Assembly (NCBI GenBank): GCA_963713975.1
Contig: OY970218.1
Span: 3,360,001 to 3,424,000 of the forward strand
DNA length: 64,000 nucleotides
Direction of reading: 5' to 3'
Source: an uncultured Chloroflexia bacterium
Lineage (GTDB): Bacteria > Chloroflexota > Limnocylindria > Limnocylindrales > CSP1-4
The translations under genes were made by a program, and so were the position numbers. Shown here in pieces: positions 10,024 through 18,707 of this stretch. Position 1 is the first letter of the stretch, and each line of letters begins with the position of its first letter. The notes beneath the pieces are model-generated. The model was not told where the DNA came from and ran no database searches. It worked only from the letters and a program-made list of their open reading frames with translations.

Positions 10024-11484
10024 ATGGCCGACAACCCCAGTGAGATGCCGAAGCCGAGGATTCAGACAGCCCGACGACCGGAGTGCCCGAAGCACCAGGG
10101 CGACGTGTGGCTCGACGGCTTCTACGGGCGCACCCAGCACCACGAGCGGCCGCGATTTCGTTGTGTGCCCCGGATAGATCCGAGAACGGGCAAGCGGCCG
10201 CCGCTCCACGCGAACGGCGAGAAGCCGCACCCATTCATCGAGCGGCTCGCCCGCCGGCATCGCACGTCGGGCGCGGGCACGCCGCACTTCTGCGAGGAGT
10301 GCGAGCACACGCTCGACCGGCACGAGGGGCCGCAGACGACACGGCGCCAGTCCTTCACCGTTCGGGAAGCCGCGCACGCCGTCGTCCAGGTCGCGCAGGG
10401 GATCAGCATGCGCCGCGCCAGCCGTGATGCGCGCGAGAGCGCCGACCGCCTCACGCCGACCTCGTGGGGGATGCTTCGCGCGAGTCCGCACGGGCAGCTT
10501 GCCTCGGACCAGCTCGCGATGTTCGGGACGATCGTCCGCGACGCCCTGATCCCGCCGACCTGGCCCGACAGTGTCGCGCTCGACGAGACCACCTTCGATG
10601 TGGTGGTAACGGACGTGGCCGACGACGGCGAGAAGACCTCGTTTCGTGGCGCGGTCAGCGTCCTCGGCGTGTATGGGTATCCGAACGGGCGCGGCTCGGG
10701 CCGCGCTGCGGCGCTCTCTCCGCGCGGCGGCGGGGACGCGGTGGAGTGGCTCGCGGTGCTCAAGTCACGGCCGAACGCGCCATCGTGGGTGGTGTGCGAC
10801 CAGGGCAAGGCGGTCGTGTCAGCCATCAAGACGGCGTGGCCGAAGGCGACGGTCTACGTCTGCGAGGCCCACCTGCGGATGCTCGCCGAGAATCGGCTCG
10901 CGGCCGACGGCTTCGACCGCAGGAGCGCGCTCTGGCGGGCGATGCCGGGAGCGATCGGCGACCGGGCGCGGTGGGAGCAGCTCGAGGCCGACATGCACGC
11001 CGCCGGTGCGAGGCAGACGCTCGCCTGGATGAGCTCGAACCGCCGGCTCATGGAACGCCAGTGGCGGGTCCGGGATCCGAACCGGCCGCTCTCGATCGGC
11101 GGGCTCGAGACCGTTCTCCGCGAGGTCGTCCATCGGCTTGGGGACCGCAGGCTCGTGTTCCGCAACCGAGCCCGGCTCGAGCTCGTGTTCGACCTCATGG
11201 GCCTCGAGATGGCCGGGCTTGCGACCGAGCGGAGCGTCCGCGACATCATCCGCCGCGACCTTCTACGCAACAAGGGCCGGCCTCGACTTCCGCGGCGCTC
11301 GCTCGACGATCACGGTTCCTCGTCGCTCTACGACGCCATCCGAGCCGTCAACGTCAGGCGGGGGCCGATACGAGCGGCGGCCCTTGTCAGACAGCACAAG
11401 CGCCGAGCTCGGGAGCGCGCCACTGGGCAGAAGGCACTTCAGCGACCCCCGCGACGACCGCCCATCGGGTCAACGCGCCCGTAG
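10024..11484 (+). CDS. DDE transposase-like protein (Mutator/IS256-like CxxH core, N-terminal Zn-binding motifs)
   Basis: CPKH..RFRC and CEEC motifs; VALDETTF, VVCDQG, VCEAHL, SIGGLE catalytic-type motifs; lies within the TIRs. Confidence 0.8.
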   Translation: MADNPSEMPKPRIQTARRPECPKHQGDVWLDGFYGRTQHHERPRFRCVPRIDPRTGKRPPLHANGEKPHPFIERLARRHRTSGAGTPHFCEECEHTLDRHEGPQTTRRQSFTVREAAHAVVQVAQGISMRRASRDARESADRLTPTSWGMLRASPHGQLASDQLAMFGTIVRDALIPPTWPDSVALDETTFDVVVTDVADDGEKTSFRGAVSVLGVYGYPNGRGSGRAAALSPRGGGDAVEWLAVLKSRPNAPSWVVCDQGKAVVSAIKTAWPKATVYVCEAHLRMLAENRLAADGFDRRSALWRAMPGAIGDRARWEQLEADMHAAGARQTLAWMSSNRRLMERQWRVRDPNRPLSIGGLETVLREVVHRLGDRRLVFRNRARLELVFDLMGLEMAGLATERSVRDIIRRDLLRNKGRPRLPRRSLDDHGSSSLYDAIRAVNVRRGPIRAAALVRQHKRRARERATGQKALQRPPRRPPIGSTRP

Positions 11485-11539
11485 CGCCTTGCTGACCGCG
11501 CACACGAGAGGGACGGTGAAGCTCCGGGCGAGCCTCGCA

Positions 11540-12154
11540 CTACTTCGCGAGTAGGCGCCGACGCCAGGCAAGGCTTCCGGCGAGCAATCCTGCCAGGGCG
11601 ACGATCAGGCCGACGGGAAGCTCCTGCGCTGGTGGCTCCGGGAGCGTCGCCGTGTCGGGCGGCGTCAGCCGGAGCAGCCGGAAGACCTCGGCGACGGTGA
11701 TCCTCTCAACGCCGACGGAGTCCCACGGCGTGCCTCGGATCCAGGCGACCGTGTTGACCTGGATCGCCGGGCTGAAGTCGGTGGCGTCAAACGCGAGCGC
11801 GATCCGATCGCCTTCGCGAGCCTGGATGACGCCTGCGCAGGGCTGCGTCGGCAGATCGTTGATCTCCATCGTTCGCCCGGCGTCGCCGACGGGGGTGTAA
11901 CGGACTCGGAGCGTGAAGCGGCTCGACCATCCATTGTTAGTCGCAGCCCGGGCGAGGCCGCCGTCGCGCACGGCGATCACATCTCCGATGACCACGCGCT
12001 TGGCGGTGGCGAGGGCGTCTCGGAACGATGGGACGGGGCCATCACACTCGGCCGCAACAGGAAGCGGGCTGACCGCGATCGCGCCAAAGGCGACGGCACT
12101 TGCGAGGACGCCGGTGATGAAGCGGCGCCAAGGATCGGAGCGGTTCGTGTCCAA
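11540..12154 (-). CDS. Passenger gene: secreted/surface-anchored protein
   Basis: Signal peptide ending VAA-ECDG; C-terminal Pro-rich linker, TM helix and WRRR basic tail. Confidence 0.75.
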   Translation of the reverse strand: MDTNRSDPWRRFITGVLASAVAFGAIAVSPLPVAAECDGPVPSFRDALATAKRVVIGDVIAVRDGGLARAATNNGWSSRFTLRVRYTPVGDAGRTMEINDLPTQPCAGVIQAREGDRIALAFDATDFSPAIQVNTVAWIRGTPWDSVGVERITVAEVFRLLRLTPPDTATLPEPPAQELPVGLIVALAGLLAGSLAWRRRLLAK

Positions 12155-12262
12155 GTGCGCCCCCTTCGTGTGGCTCGCCAGTGTCGTGGTGGACGCGTCA
12201 GCGGCTCGTCATGCTACGCGGCCGCTCGAAGCTGTCCCCACAGGGGACACCTGGAGGCACGA

Positions 12263-12310
12263 AGGTCCCGAGTGGTGCGTTCGGTAAACCCCTACTGACG
12301 CGAGACTTCA
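12263..12310 (-). repeat. Right terminal inverted repeat
   Basis: Exact reverse complement of 9951-9998. Confidence 0.95.
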
Positions 12311-12394
12311 ACGAACGTGTCACAGGACCTTTCCTCCGGCAGCGGGACGCGCGATGATGGCCGTCGGCCGCTGGGGCCGTGGAGGTCTGGTCAC

Positions 12395-13387
12395 GTGCAC
12401 GTCAATCGCGGGCTCATGGGATGGGGCGTCTTCTTCATCGTGCTGGGGGCCGTGCCCCTCGCGGTGCGATCCGGCACGATCGACGAGTCGGTCGTGCGAC
12501 GGGCGTGGGAGCTGTGGCCGCTGATCCTGATCGGGATCGGCCTGGGGCTTGTGCTGGCACGGACCCGGCTGGCCATCGTGGGCACCCTGGTCGTGGCGGT
12601 CACGTTTGGCCTGATGGGCGGCGCCCTGCTGGCCGGAGGTGTGGGGGTGGTGAGCGGGGTCGGGCCATGCGGCCTCGGGGGTGGCAGCGGCTCCGGCCAG
12701 TCGTTCGAGACGCGGACCGGCTCGTTCGCGGGCGACGCGACAGTCCGCCTCGAGATGGACTGCGGCGAGGTGGCCCTGAGCCCGGTCGATGGCGCGGACT
12801 GGACCGTGGCGGGAACGGCGGACGGGGGGCGCGCGCAGGACATGACCGCGACGGATCGCCGGCTCGTGGTGCGCACGCCGGATCACAACGGCGCCATCCT
12901 CGGCACCGCCCCAACCCGCTGGCAGGTGGCGCTGCCACGGGCGACGGCGGTCTCGGTGGAACTGACCCTCAACGCCGGCTCCGCGGACCTCGATCTCGCG
13001 GGCATGACCGTCCCGGCCGCGACCGTGGACGTGAACGCGGGCGACGCCAGGATCGACCTGCATGACGCCGCGGGGACCCAACGCCTCCAGGCATCGGCCA
13101 ACGCCGGCTCGCTGGTGATCCTCCTGCCGGTGCCAGTCGGAACCCTTGCTGGTTCGATCACCGTGAACGCCGGGTCCGCGAAGCTCTGCATTCCGGACGG
13201 CGTCGCGGTCCGGGTACGGAGCGAGGACAAGGCGCTCGGCTCGGTCGACGTCGGCGGCGGCGGCCTGATCCGCAACGGAGACACTTGGTCCACGTCGGGC
13301 TTCGCAGACGCGTCGTCGCGCATCGACGTCACGGTCAACGTGAACCTGGGCAGCATCTCCATCGACCCGGAGGATGGTTGTGACTGA
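12395..13387 (+). CDS. LiaF/DUF5668-like membrane protein with C-terminal beta-rich (DUF4097-like) extracytoplasmic domain
   Basis: WGVFFIVLG..WELWPLILIGIGL TM motif followed by repeated (V/L)NAG(S/D) beta repeats; GGAGG then GTG. Confidence 0.7.
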   Translation: MHVNRGLMGWGVFFIVLGAVPLAVRSGTIDESVVRRAWELWPLILIGIGLGLVLARTRLAIVGTLVVAVTFGLMGGALLAGGVGVVSGVGPCGLGGGSGSGQSFETRTGSFAGDATVRLEMDCGEVALSPVDGADWTVAGTADGGRAQDMTATDRRLVVRTPDHNGAILGTAPTRWQVALPRATAVSVELTLNAGSADLDLAGMTVPAATVDVNAGDARIDLHDAAGTQRLQASANAGSLVILLPVPVGTLAGSITVNAGSAKLCIPDGVAVRVRSEDKALGSVDVGGGGLIRNGDTWSTSGFADASSRIDVTVNVNLGSISIDPEDGCD

Positions 13388-13919
13388 ACGGCTCTACCGG
13401 AACCCGACGGACCGGGTCATCGCAGGGGTCGCCGGTGGCCTGGCCACCTGGCTCAACATCGACCCGTCGCTGGTCCGGATCGCGTGGGTCCTGCTGGGCA
13501 TCTTCTCGGGCGGGATTTTCGTGCTCGTCTACATCGTGATGATGATCGTGGTGCCGCTGCCACCGCCTGGCTGGGTGCCGCGGCCCCGTGACGCCGCCGG
13601 ACCGGGTCCGTCAAGCGGTGCCGCGTGGCCGCCCGAGCCTGGGACCTGGACATCGACCCCGGGCGATCCCGGGACCTCGGGCTCCCCCACCCCGACCTGG
13701 GGCACACCCCCGCCGGGCGGATCGGCGGAGCCGGCACCGGGCCGCGTCAGCTCCGGCAACGCGGGCATCGTCGGGGGCGTGATCCTCATCGGGCTTGGCG
13801 TCTGGTTCCTCGTAGACCAGTACGTCGATATCAACTGGCAGCTCCTGTGGCCGGTCGCGGTGATCGTGGTCGGCGTGGTGCTCATCGCCGGGGCGCTGAT
13901 GCGCCGACCGTCGGCCTAG
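13380..13919 (+). CDS. PspC domain protein with C-terminal LiaF-like TM hairpin
   Basis: RLYRNPTDRVIAGVAGGLA..DPSLVRI PspC signature; WQLLWPV TM motif. Confidence 0.88.
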   Translation: MTERLYRNPTDRVIAGVAGGLATWLNIDPSLVRIAWVLLGIFSGGIFVLVYIVMMIVVPLPPPGWVPRPRDAAGPGPSSGAAWPPEPGTWTSTPGDPGTSGSPTPTWGTPPPGGSAEPAPGRVSSGNAGIVGGVILIGLGVWFLVDQYVDINWQLLWPVAVIVVGVVLIAGALMRRPSA

Positions 13920-13943
13920 CATCGACACCGCGTCCCTGTCCTG

Positions 13944-15017
13944 ATGGATTCCGCCGCCGCCCTGCTATCGCTCTGCATATTCGGGGTCGCGGGCGGCCTG
14001 CTCCTGCTCTGGCGCGGGCTCGCCGGCTATCGGTCGGCCGTCATGCTCGGCGACACGTCGACCTCACAGATCGACAGCCTGGCGGCTGGAGAGGTGCGCG
14101 TGTCCGGCGTCATCGTGCCCGGCGAGGTGACCCTCGTGTCGCCGCTCCAGAGCGCTCCGTGCGTCTGGTACCGCGCATCCGTGCGCGCCGGGGGGCGTGA
14201 CGACGATGTGGTCTTCCAGGAGGAGAAGGCCGTCGGGTTTCGCGTCCGCGACGGTGATGGCGCCATCCGCGTGTTCCCGGCTGGTGCCCGGATCACGGCC
14301 ACGCCGCGGTTCAAGGGGAGCGCCAGCCTGATGGGCGACGCCCCGGCCGGGCTCAACCCGAGGGTTGGTTCGGCCTACGGGCCCGGCGCACGGGCGGACG
14401 ACGGCGAGCCCGAGGACCGCGCAGCCGCGATCGCCGCGCTCCTGACGGTGCGCCAGCCGGCCGCACGGGACCTCGAGCTCGACGGCGAGGGTCGCGGCCG
14501 CAACTACGAGGAGGCACGGCTCGAACCCGGCGATGTCGTGACCGTCGTGGGCACCGCCCTCCCGTTTGGACACCTGCGCGACCCGTTCGGAGCCGACCGC
14601 ATGGACCGGGCCGCCGACCCATTGACGGGTCTCGACGATCCGCTCGTGGCGGCGGAGATCGCGCAGGCCCGCGCCGCCGGCACGTTGCTCACGCCCGAGG
14701 AGGCATGGGGTAACGCCGCGATCCCGGGCTTCGGCATCGGGAAGCCGGTGCGCGAGCCCGAGCTTGACCCCACCGCGGACCGGCCGGTCCTCGCCCCACA
14801 CACCGAGGCTGCGGAGGCCGCGGCCCGCTTCGACATTGCCCCCGACACGCTGGTCCTGGCCGCAGGAGAGGGATCGCCGCTGGCCATCGTCGAGGGAGCG
14901 CCCGGAGCGGCCGTCGCACGCGAGCAGGACAAGTTCCTCCTCGGGCTCCTGGGGGCCGCGATCGCCATCGGGTCCGCTATCGTGGCCGCCATCATCCTAG
15001 GAGACCCGCCCGCGTGA
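13944..15017 (+). CDS. GIDE-like domain membrane protein
   Basis: TM-DTSTS-GEVRVSG-SPLQSAPCVWY-EEARLEPGD-TM pattern; coupled to lemA by GTGA overlap. Confidence 0.6.
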   Translation: MDSAAALLSLCIFGVAGGLLLLWRGLAGYRSAVMLGDTSTSQIDSLAAGEVRVSGVIVPGEVTLVSPLQSAPCVWYRASVRAGGRDDDVVFQEEKAVGFRVRDGDGAIRVFPAGARITATPRFKGSASLMGDAPAGLNPRVGSAYGPGARADDGEPEDRAAAIAALLTVRQPAARDLELDGEGRGRNYEEARLEPGDVVTVVGTALPFGHLRDPFGADRMDRAADPLTGLDDPLVAAEIAQARAAGTLLTPEEAWGNAAIPGFGIGKPVREPELDPTADRPVLAPHTEAAEAAARFDIAPDTLVLAAGEGSPLAIVEGAPGAAVAREQDKFLLGLLGAAIAIGSAIVAAIILGDPPA

Positions 15018-15589
15018 CCCCCGCCAACGGTGCCGCCCTGTTCGCCCTCCTGGTGCTGGGCGTCATCGTCGTGTTCCTCGCGATCACCACCTACAACGCG
15101 GTGGTCGCCTTGCGCAACCGGATCGCAAAGGCGTGGGCCAACATCGACGTGGCCCTCAAGCAGCGCCACGACCAGCTGCCGAACCTTGTGGAGGCCGTCC
15201 GGGGGCTGATGGCCTTCGAGCGAGACGTGCTCGAGGAGGTCACCATCGCGCGGGCCGCGTACTCCGACCGGGACCCGATCCCGGCCCAGGCCGCCACCTC
15301 CGAGGCGACGTCGGCCGCGGTGCGGCACCTGTTCGCCGTCGTCGAGAACTACCCGGAGATCAAGTCCGCCGGCAACGTGATGGCGCTCCAGGCAGAGATC
15401 GCCAGGCTCGAGGACGTCATCGCCGACCGGCGCGAGCTCTACAACGACCAGGTCTTCCGCTACAACACCCGTATCGCGCAGGTGCCGGCGAACATCCTCG
15501 CCTCGCTGATCGGCTGGCGCCCCGAGCCGTTCTTCGCGGCCACCGAGGAGGAGCGGGCGAAACCTGCGGTGGAGCTGGGCGGAGCCTGA
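15014..15589 (+). CDS. lemA: LemA family protein
   Basis: YNAVVALRN, AWANIDVALKQRHD, VENYPEIK, RRELYND motifs. Confidence 0.93.
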   Translation: MTPANGAALFALLVLGVIVVFLAITTYNAVVALRNRIAKAWANIDVALKQRHDQLPNLVEAVRGLMAFERDVLEEVTIARAAYSDRDPIPAQAATSEATSAAVRHLFAVVENYPEIKSAGNVMALQAEIARLEDVIADRRELYNDQVFRYNTRIAQVPANILASLIGWRPEPFFAATEEERAKPAVELGGA

Positions 15590-15624
15590 CGGGCAGAGGC
15601 CCGGGCCCCGACTTGGCGACCTGA

Positions 15625-15666
15625 GTCACGGTCAGTCACGGGTCCGTCACCGATCGCGCCTAGACT
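15625..15666 (+). promoter_or_regulatory. msrA promoter with three phased GTCAC direct repeats
   Basis: GTCAC at 15625, 15635 and 15646; TAGACT -10 at 15661-15666; GGAGG SD downstream. Confidence 0.45.
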
Positions 15667-15691
15667 TCGGGCACACCACGGAGGTCGTCCC

Positions 15692-16345
15692 TTGCAGTTC
15701 CTGTTCCGCCAACCGTCGATGCCTGACCCGTCCGATCTCCTGCCCGGCCGGGCCGAGCCAATCGTGGATCCCGCGCCGCACTTCGTCTCGCGGCGCTCAC
15801 TGGTGCCCCCCTATCCCGACGGCTTCGAGGTCATGGACGTCGGCATGGGCTGCTTCTGGGGCGCCGAGAAGAAGTTCTGGTCGATCCCGGGCGTCTGGGT
15901 GACGGCCGTCGGCTACCAGGGCGGCGGCACGCCGAACCCGACCTACCAGGAGGCCTGCTCCGGCCATACCGGGCACGCGGAGGTGGTCCGGATCGTGTTC
16001 GACCCCTCGGTGGTCACGTACGAGCGTCTGCTCAAGGTGTTCTGGGAGTCCCACGACCCGACACAGGGCTTCCGCCAGGGCAACGACCGGGGCACCCAGT
16101 ACCGCTCCGCGATCTTCAGCCACGGCGAGGCGCAGCTCGCTGCGGCGACCGCGTCCCGGGAGATGTACCAGGGCGAGCTGGCCAAGGCCGGCTACGGGGC
16201 GATCACCACCGAGATCCGCGAAGCGCCGACGTTCTACTTCGCGGAGGACTACCACCAGCAGTACCTGGCCAAGAACCCTGGGGGCTACGACTGCCACACC
16301 GCGACGGGGGTTGCGTGCCCGATTGGAGTCGGGGTGAAGGCGTAG
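15692..16345 (+). CDS. msrA: Peptide methionine sulfoxide reductase A
   Basis: GCFWG, GHAEVV, RQGNDRGTQYRS, AEDYHQQYL motifs. Confidence 0.96.
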   Translation: MQFLFRQPSMPDPSDLLPGRAEPIVDPAPHFVSRRSLVPPYPDGFEVMDVGMGCFWGAEKKFWSIPGVWVTAVGYQGGGTPNPTYQEACSGHTGHAEVVRIVFDPSVVTYERLLKVFWESHDPTQGFRQGNDRGTQYRSAIFSHGEAQLAAATASREMYQGELAKAGYGAITTEIREAPTFYFAEDYHQQYLAKNPGGYDCHTATGVACPIGVGVKA

Positions 16346-16430
16346 GCCAATGCGCACGGGCCAATAGCCCCTTGCGGAACGCGCTTGGGATTGGGGCATG
16401 CGACCCAGGACATCGCCCGCCTACTGGCCC

Positions 16431-16658
16431 ATGCGCATCCTGCTCTCGATCGGGATCGCGTCGGTCGCGGTCATCGCGCTTTGGGCGCTCCTGCCACCGA
16501 TCGAGCTCACCATTGGCGGCGCGTATGGGGAGTTCGACGCGCCAATCGGCGTGGGCGTTCTGGCAGTAGCCTTCGCGGCCATCGGACTCCTCGGAATGAT
16601 CCGCGTGTTCCGAACGGCTGACGGCGAGCCGCCGCGCTGGCGCTACCGCGACCGCTGA
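16431..16658 (+). CDS. Small two-TM membrane protein
   Basis: Two hydrophobic segments; ends in PPRWRYRDR. Confidence 0.55.
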   Translation: MRILLSIGIASVAVIALWALLPPIELTIGGAYGEFDAPIGVGVLAVAFAAIGLLGMIRVFRTADGEPPRWRYRDR

Positions 16659-16793
16659 CGCGGAATCGGGCCCGCGGCTCCGGCGAGTCGCACTGCATCA
16701 GCGAGTCATCCCGCCGCCTTGAACAGCGACGGTTCCATGGCGAGCCGCGGGGCCTCGTCGGACGCAGCGGTCGCTCAACCAGGAGGACCTCCG

Positions 16794-17090
16794 TTGTCGT
16801 TTCAGGCGTACCTGGACAACATCGAAGCGAAGACCGGCAAGACGCCGCGCGAGTTCATCGCGCTCGCCGAGGCTCGCGGGTACGACGATCCAGGCGTCAA
16901 GGCCGGTGTCATCGTGGAATGGCTCAAGACCGACTTCGGTCTCGGGCGCGGTCACGCGATGGCGCTCGTCTACGTCATCAAGAACGGCCCGAAGATCGAT
17001 CCCAAGCATGTCGGCACCGAGGGTTCGCACAGCGATCCGTCCGACACGCTCTGGCTGGATGGGCGGGCCACCAACCCGGTCCCTGGTTGA
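16794..17090 (+). CDS. DUF4287 family protein
   Basis: SFQAYLDNIEAKTGKTP..WLKTDFGLGRGHAMALV; AGGAGG then TTG. Confidence 0.82.
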   Translation: MSFQAYLDNIEAKTGKTPREFIALAEARGYDDPGVKAGVIVEWLKTDFGLGRGHAMALVYVIKNGPKIDPKHVGTEGSHSDPSDTLWLDGRATNPVPG

Positions 17091-17106
17091 CCTGGGCTTC
17101 GCCCCG

Positions 17107-17460
17107 TCAGCCTGCGGCCACCACGCAGAAGCGATTGCCCTCCGGGTCGGCCAGGATCACGTAGTCGGCGTCGGCAGGCCGCTTCGCCCAGCGGACCTCG
17201 GTGGCGCCGAGGCCGATGAGGCGCCGGACCTCCGCGGCCTGGTCCTCCGCGTACAGGTCGAGGTGGATCCTCGGCGGCACCCGATCGGCCGCCGCATAGG
17301 CGTCGAGCGAGATGTTCGGCCCCACATGGTCCCGAGGATGAAGCAGCACGAAGTCGTCGCTGTCGTCAACGCGCCGGACGTAGTCCAGCGCCGCGGCCCA
17401 GAACCGGGCCTCGAGCTCCAGGTCGTCCACGCGGAGCACGATCGAGCCGACGCGGATCAC
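17107..17460 (-). CDS. VOC/glyoxalase family protein
   Basis: FWAAALDY, RIHLDL, LADPEGNRFCV. Confidence 0.9.
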   Translation of the reverse strand: MIRVGSIVLRVDDLELEARFWAAALDYVRRVDDSDDFVLLHPRDHVGPNISLDAYAAADRVPPRIHLDLYAEDQAAEVRRLIGLGATEVRWAKRPADADYVILADPEGNRFCVVAAG

Positions 17461-17470
17461 GCGCCCACCA

Positions 17471-17959
17471 TCACTGAACGGTAGTGCTGCCCCGCGACCG
17501 GGTCGCCCAGTTAAGGACGGCCACGGCCATGATGACCGCGGCGACCGCGAGACCGAGGCCCAGGATCTCGAGATCCCCGGTCCATTCGACGGCCTGGCCG
17601 AGGAATGCGACCAGCAGGGCGACGATGATCACCTCGGTCAGGTTGTCCTTGAGGTCGTCGAGCGAGTCGATCTTGAGCCACCCGGGAAGCGGCAGGTCTG
17701 CGCTGACGAACAGCTGGTACAGCCCGGCCGAGATGACGAACAGGACGGTCCCGATCAGGAAGATGTCGATCAGGGCCACCGTGTCGGCGATGAGGCTCTT
17801 GCTCGCCGTGGCGGAGACGTCACCGACCCGGATCAGTTCGACGATTACGGCCATCACGCGGATCAGGCCGAACACCTGGAGCGTCGCCGAAGCAAGGAAC
17901 GACCCCAGGACCGCGAGGAGGATGAGGAACCGGCTGGTCCCGAGGATGTTGCGAATCAT
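17471..17959 (-). CDS. YqhA (UPF0114) family membrane protein
   Basis: IDIFLIGTVL..GLYQLF..WLKIDSLDDLK. Confidence 0.85.
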   Translation of the reverse strand: MIRNILGTSRFLILLAVLGSFLASATLQVFGLIRVMAVIVELIRVGDVSATASKSLIADTVALIDIFLIGTVLFVISAGLYQLFVSADLPLPGWLKIDSLDDLKDNLTEVIIVALLVAFLGQAVEWTGDLEILGLGLAVAAVIMAVAVLNWATRSRGSTTVQ

Positions 17960-18046
17960 GGCGGCGATCGTACCCGACGAGCCCGCGGGAGATCACGCCC
18001 CCGGACCGGGACGCCGCGACCCGCGGTCCGCTGCAACAATGGCGCG

Positions 18047-18676
18047 ATGCACGCCGTCGGCAAGACTACGACGCCCGCCTGGCGTCAGGCAGCGGTGGTC
18101 GCGGTCGCCGGCCTCGCCACCGGGGTGCTGACCCAGGTCGGCCAGGGCGCCCTGCCCGATGACTGGTCCCAGGCCGCGAACGCGATCTCGCCGTGGCTGC
18201 TGGTCGCCTTCCTCGTGGGCTCGACGATGCCGGATCCGCGGCGGGCCGCGCTGGCCGGGATCGGGACGCTGGTGCTCGCCCTCGTGGGCTACGACGCGAT
18301 GATCCTGCTCCGGTATGGCTATGGACCGGGGGCATCATCGACGGTGTTCTGGGGGATCGGCGCCCTCGTCGGGGGTCCGGTCTTCGGGATCGCCGGCACC
18401 TGGTGGCACACCGGCCCGCCACGGCGGCGCGCGATCGCCATCGGGTTCCTGGTTGCCGTCTTCGTGGCCGAAGGGCTGCGCAATGCGCTGATGCTCGCGT
18501 ACCCGGCCGCAGGCTCCGCGTTCATCATCGTCGGGTTGCTGCTGCCGCTGATCCTGGGACGTTCTCGGGGCGACCGGGTGGGTGCCTACGTGGCGACCGT
18601 CCCCCTGCTCGGCCTGGGCGTCCTCGGCTACCTGGTGTTCATGTTGCTCAACGACGTGACTGCCGGTCTGAGGTAG
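18047..18676 (+). CDS. Multi-TM membrane protein (DUF6518-like)
   Basis: About six TM segments; ANAISPWLLVAF, GGPVFG, AEG motifs. Confidence 0.65.
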   Translation: MHAVGKTTTPAWRQAAVVAVAGLATGVLTQVGQGALPDDWSQAANAISPWLLVAFLVGSTMPDPRRAALAGIGTLVLALVGYDAMILLRYGYGPGASSTVFWGIGALVGGPVFGIAGTWWHTGPPRRRAIAIGFLVAVFVAEGLRNALMLAYPAAGSAFIIVGLLLPLILGRSRGDRVGAYVATVPLLGLGVLGYLVFMLLNDVTAGLR

Positions 18677-18707
18677 CGGGCTTGCGGGCCGCACTAGGAT
18701 GACCGGC

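Larger units (their letters stand above)
9951..12310 (+). mobile_element. Insertion sequence/transposon with passenger gene (2360 bp)
   Basis: 48-bp perfect TIRs 9951-9998 and 12263-12310; 8-bp direct repeat ACGAACGT at 9943-9950 and 12311-12318; encloses a DDE transposase-like ORF. Confidence 0.9.

Noticed and set aside
9938-12323. Invertible segment or serine-recombinase att sites
   Set aside because: No recombinase motifs in the enclosed ORF; an 8-bp duplication plus DDE motifs fit transposition better.
4870-12330. Canonical parS site near parAB
   Set aside because: No TGTTTCACGTGAAACA-like 16-mer seen by eye; the transposon target palindrome does not match the consensus.
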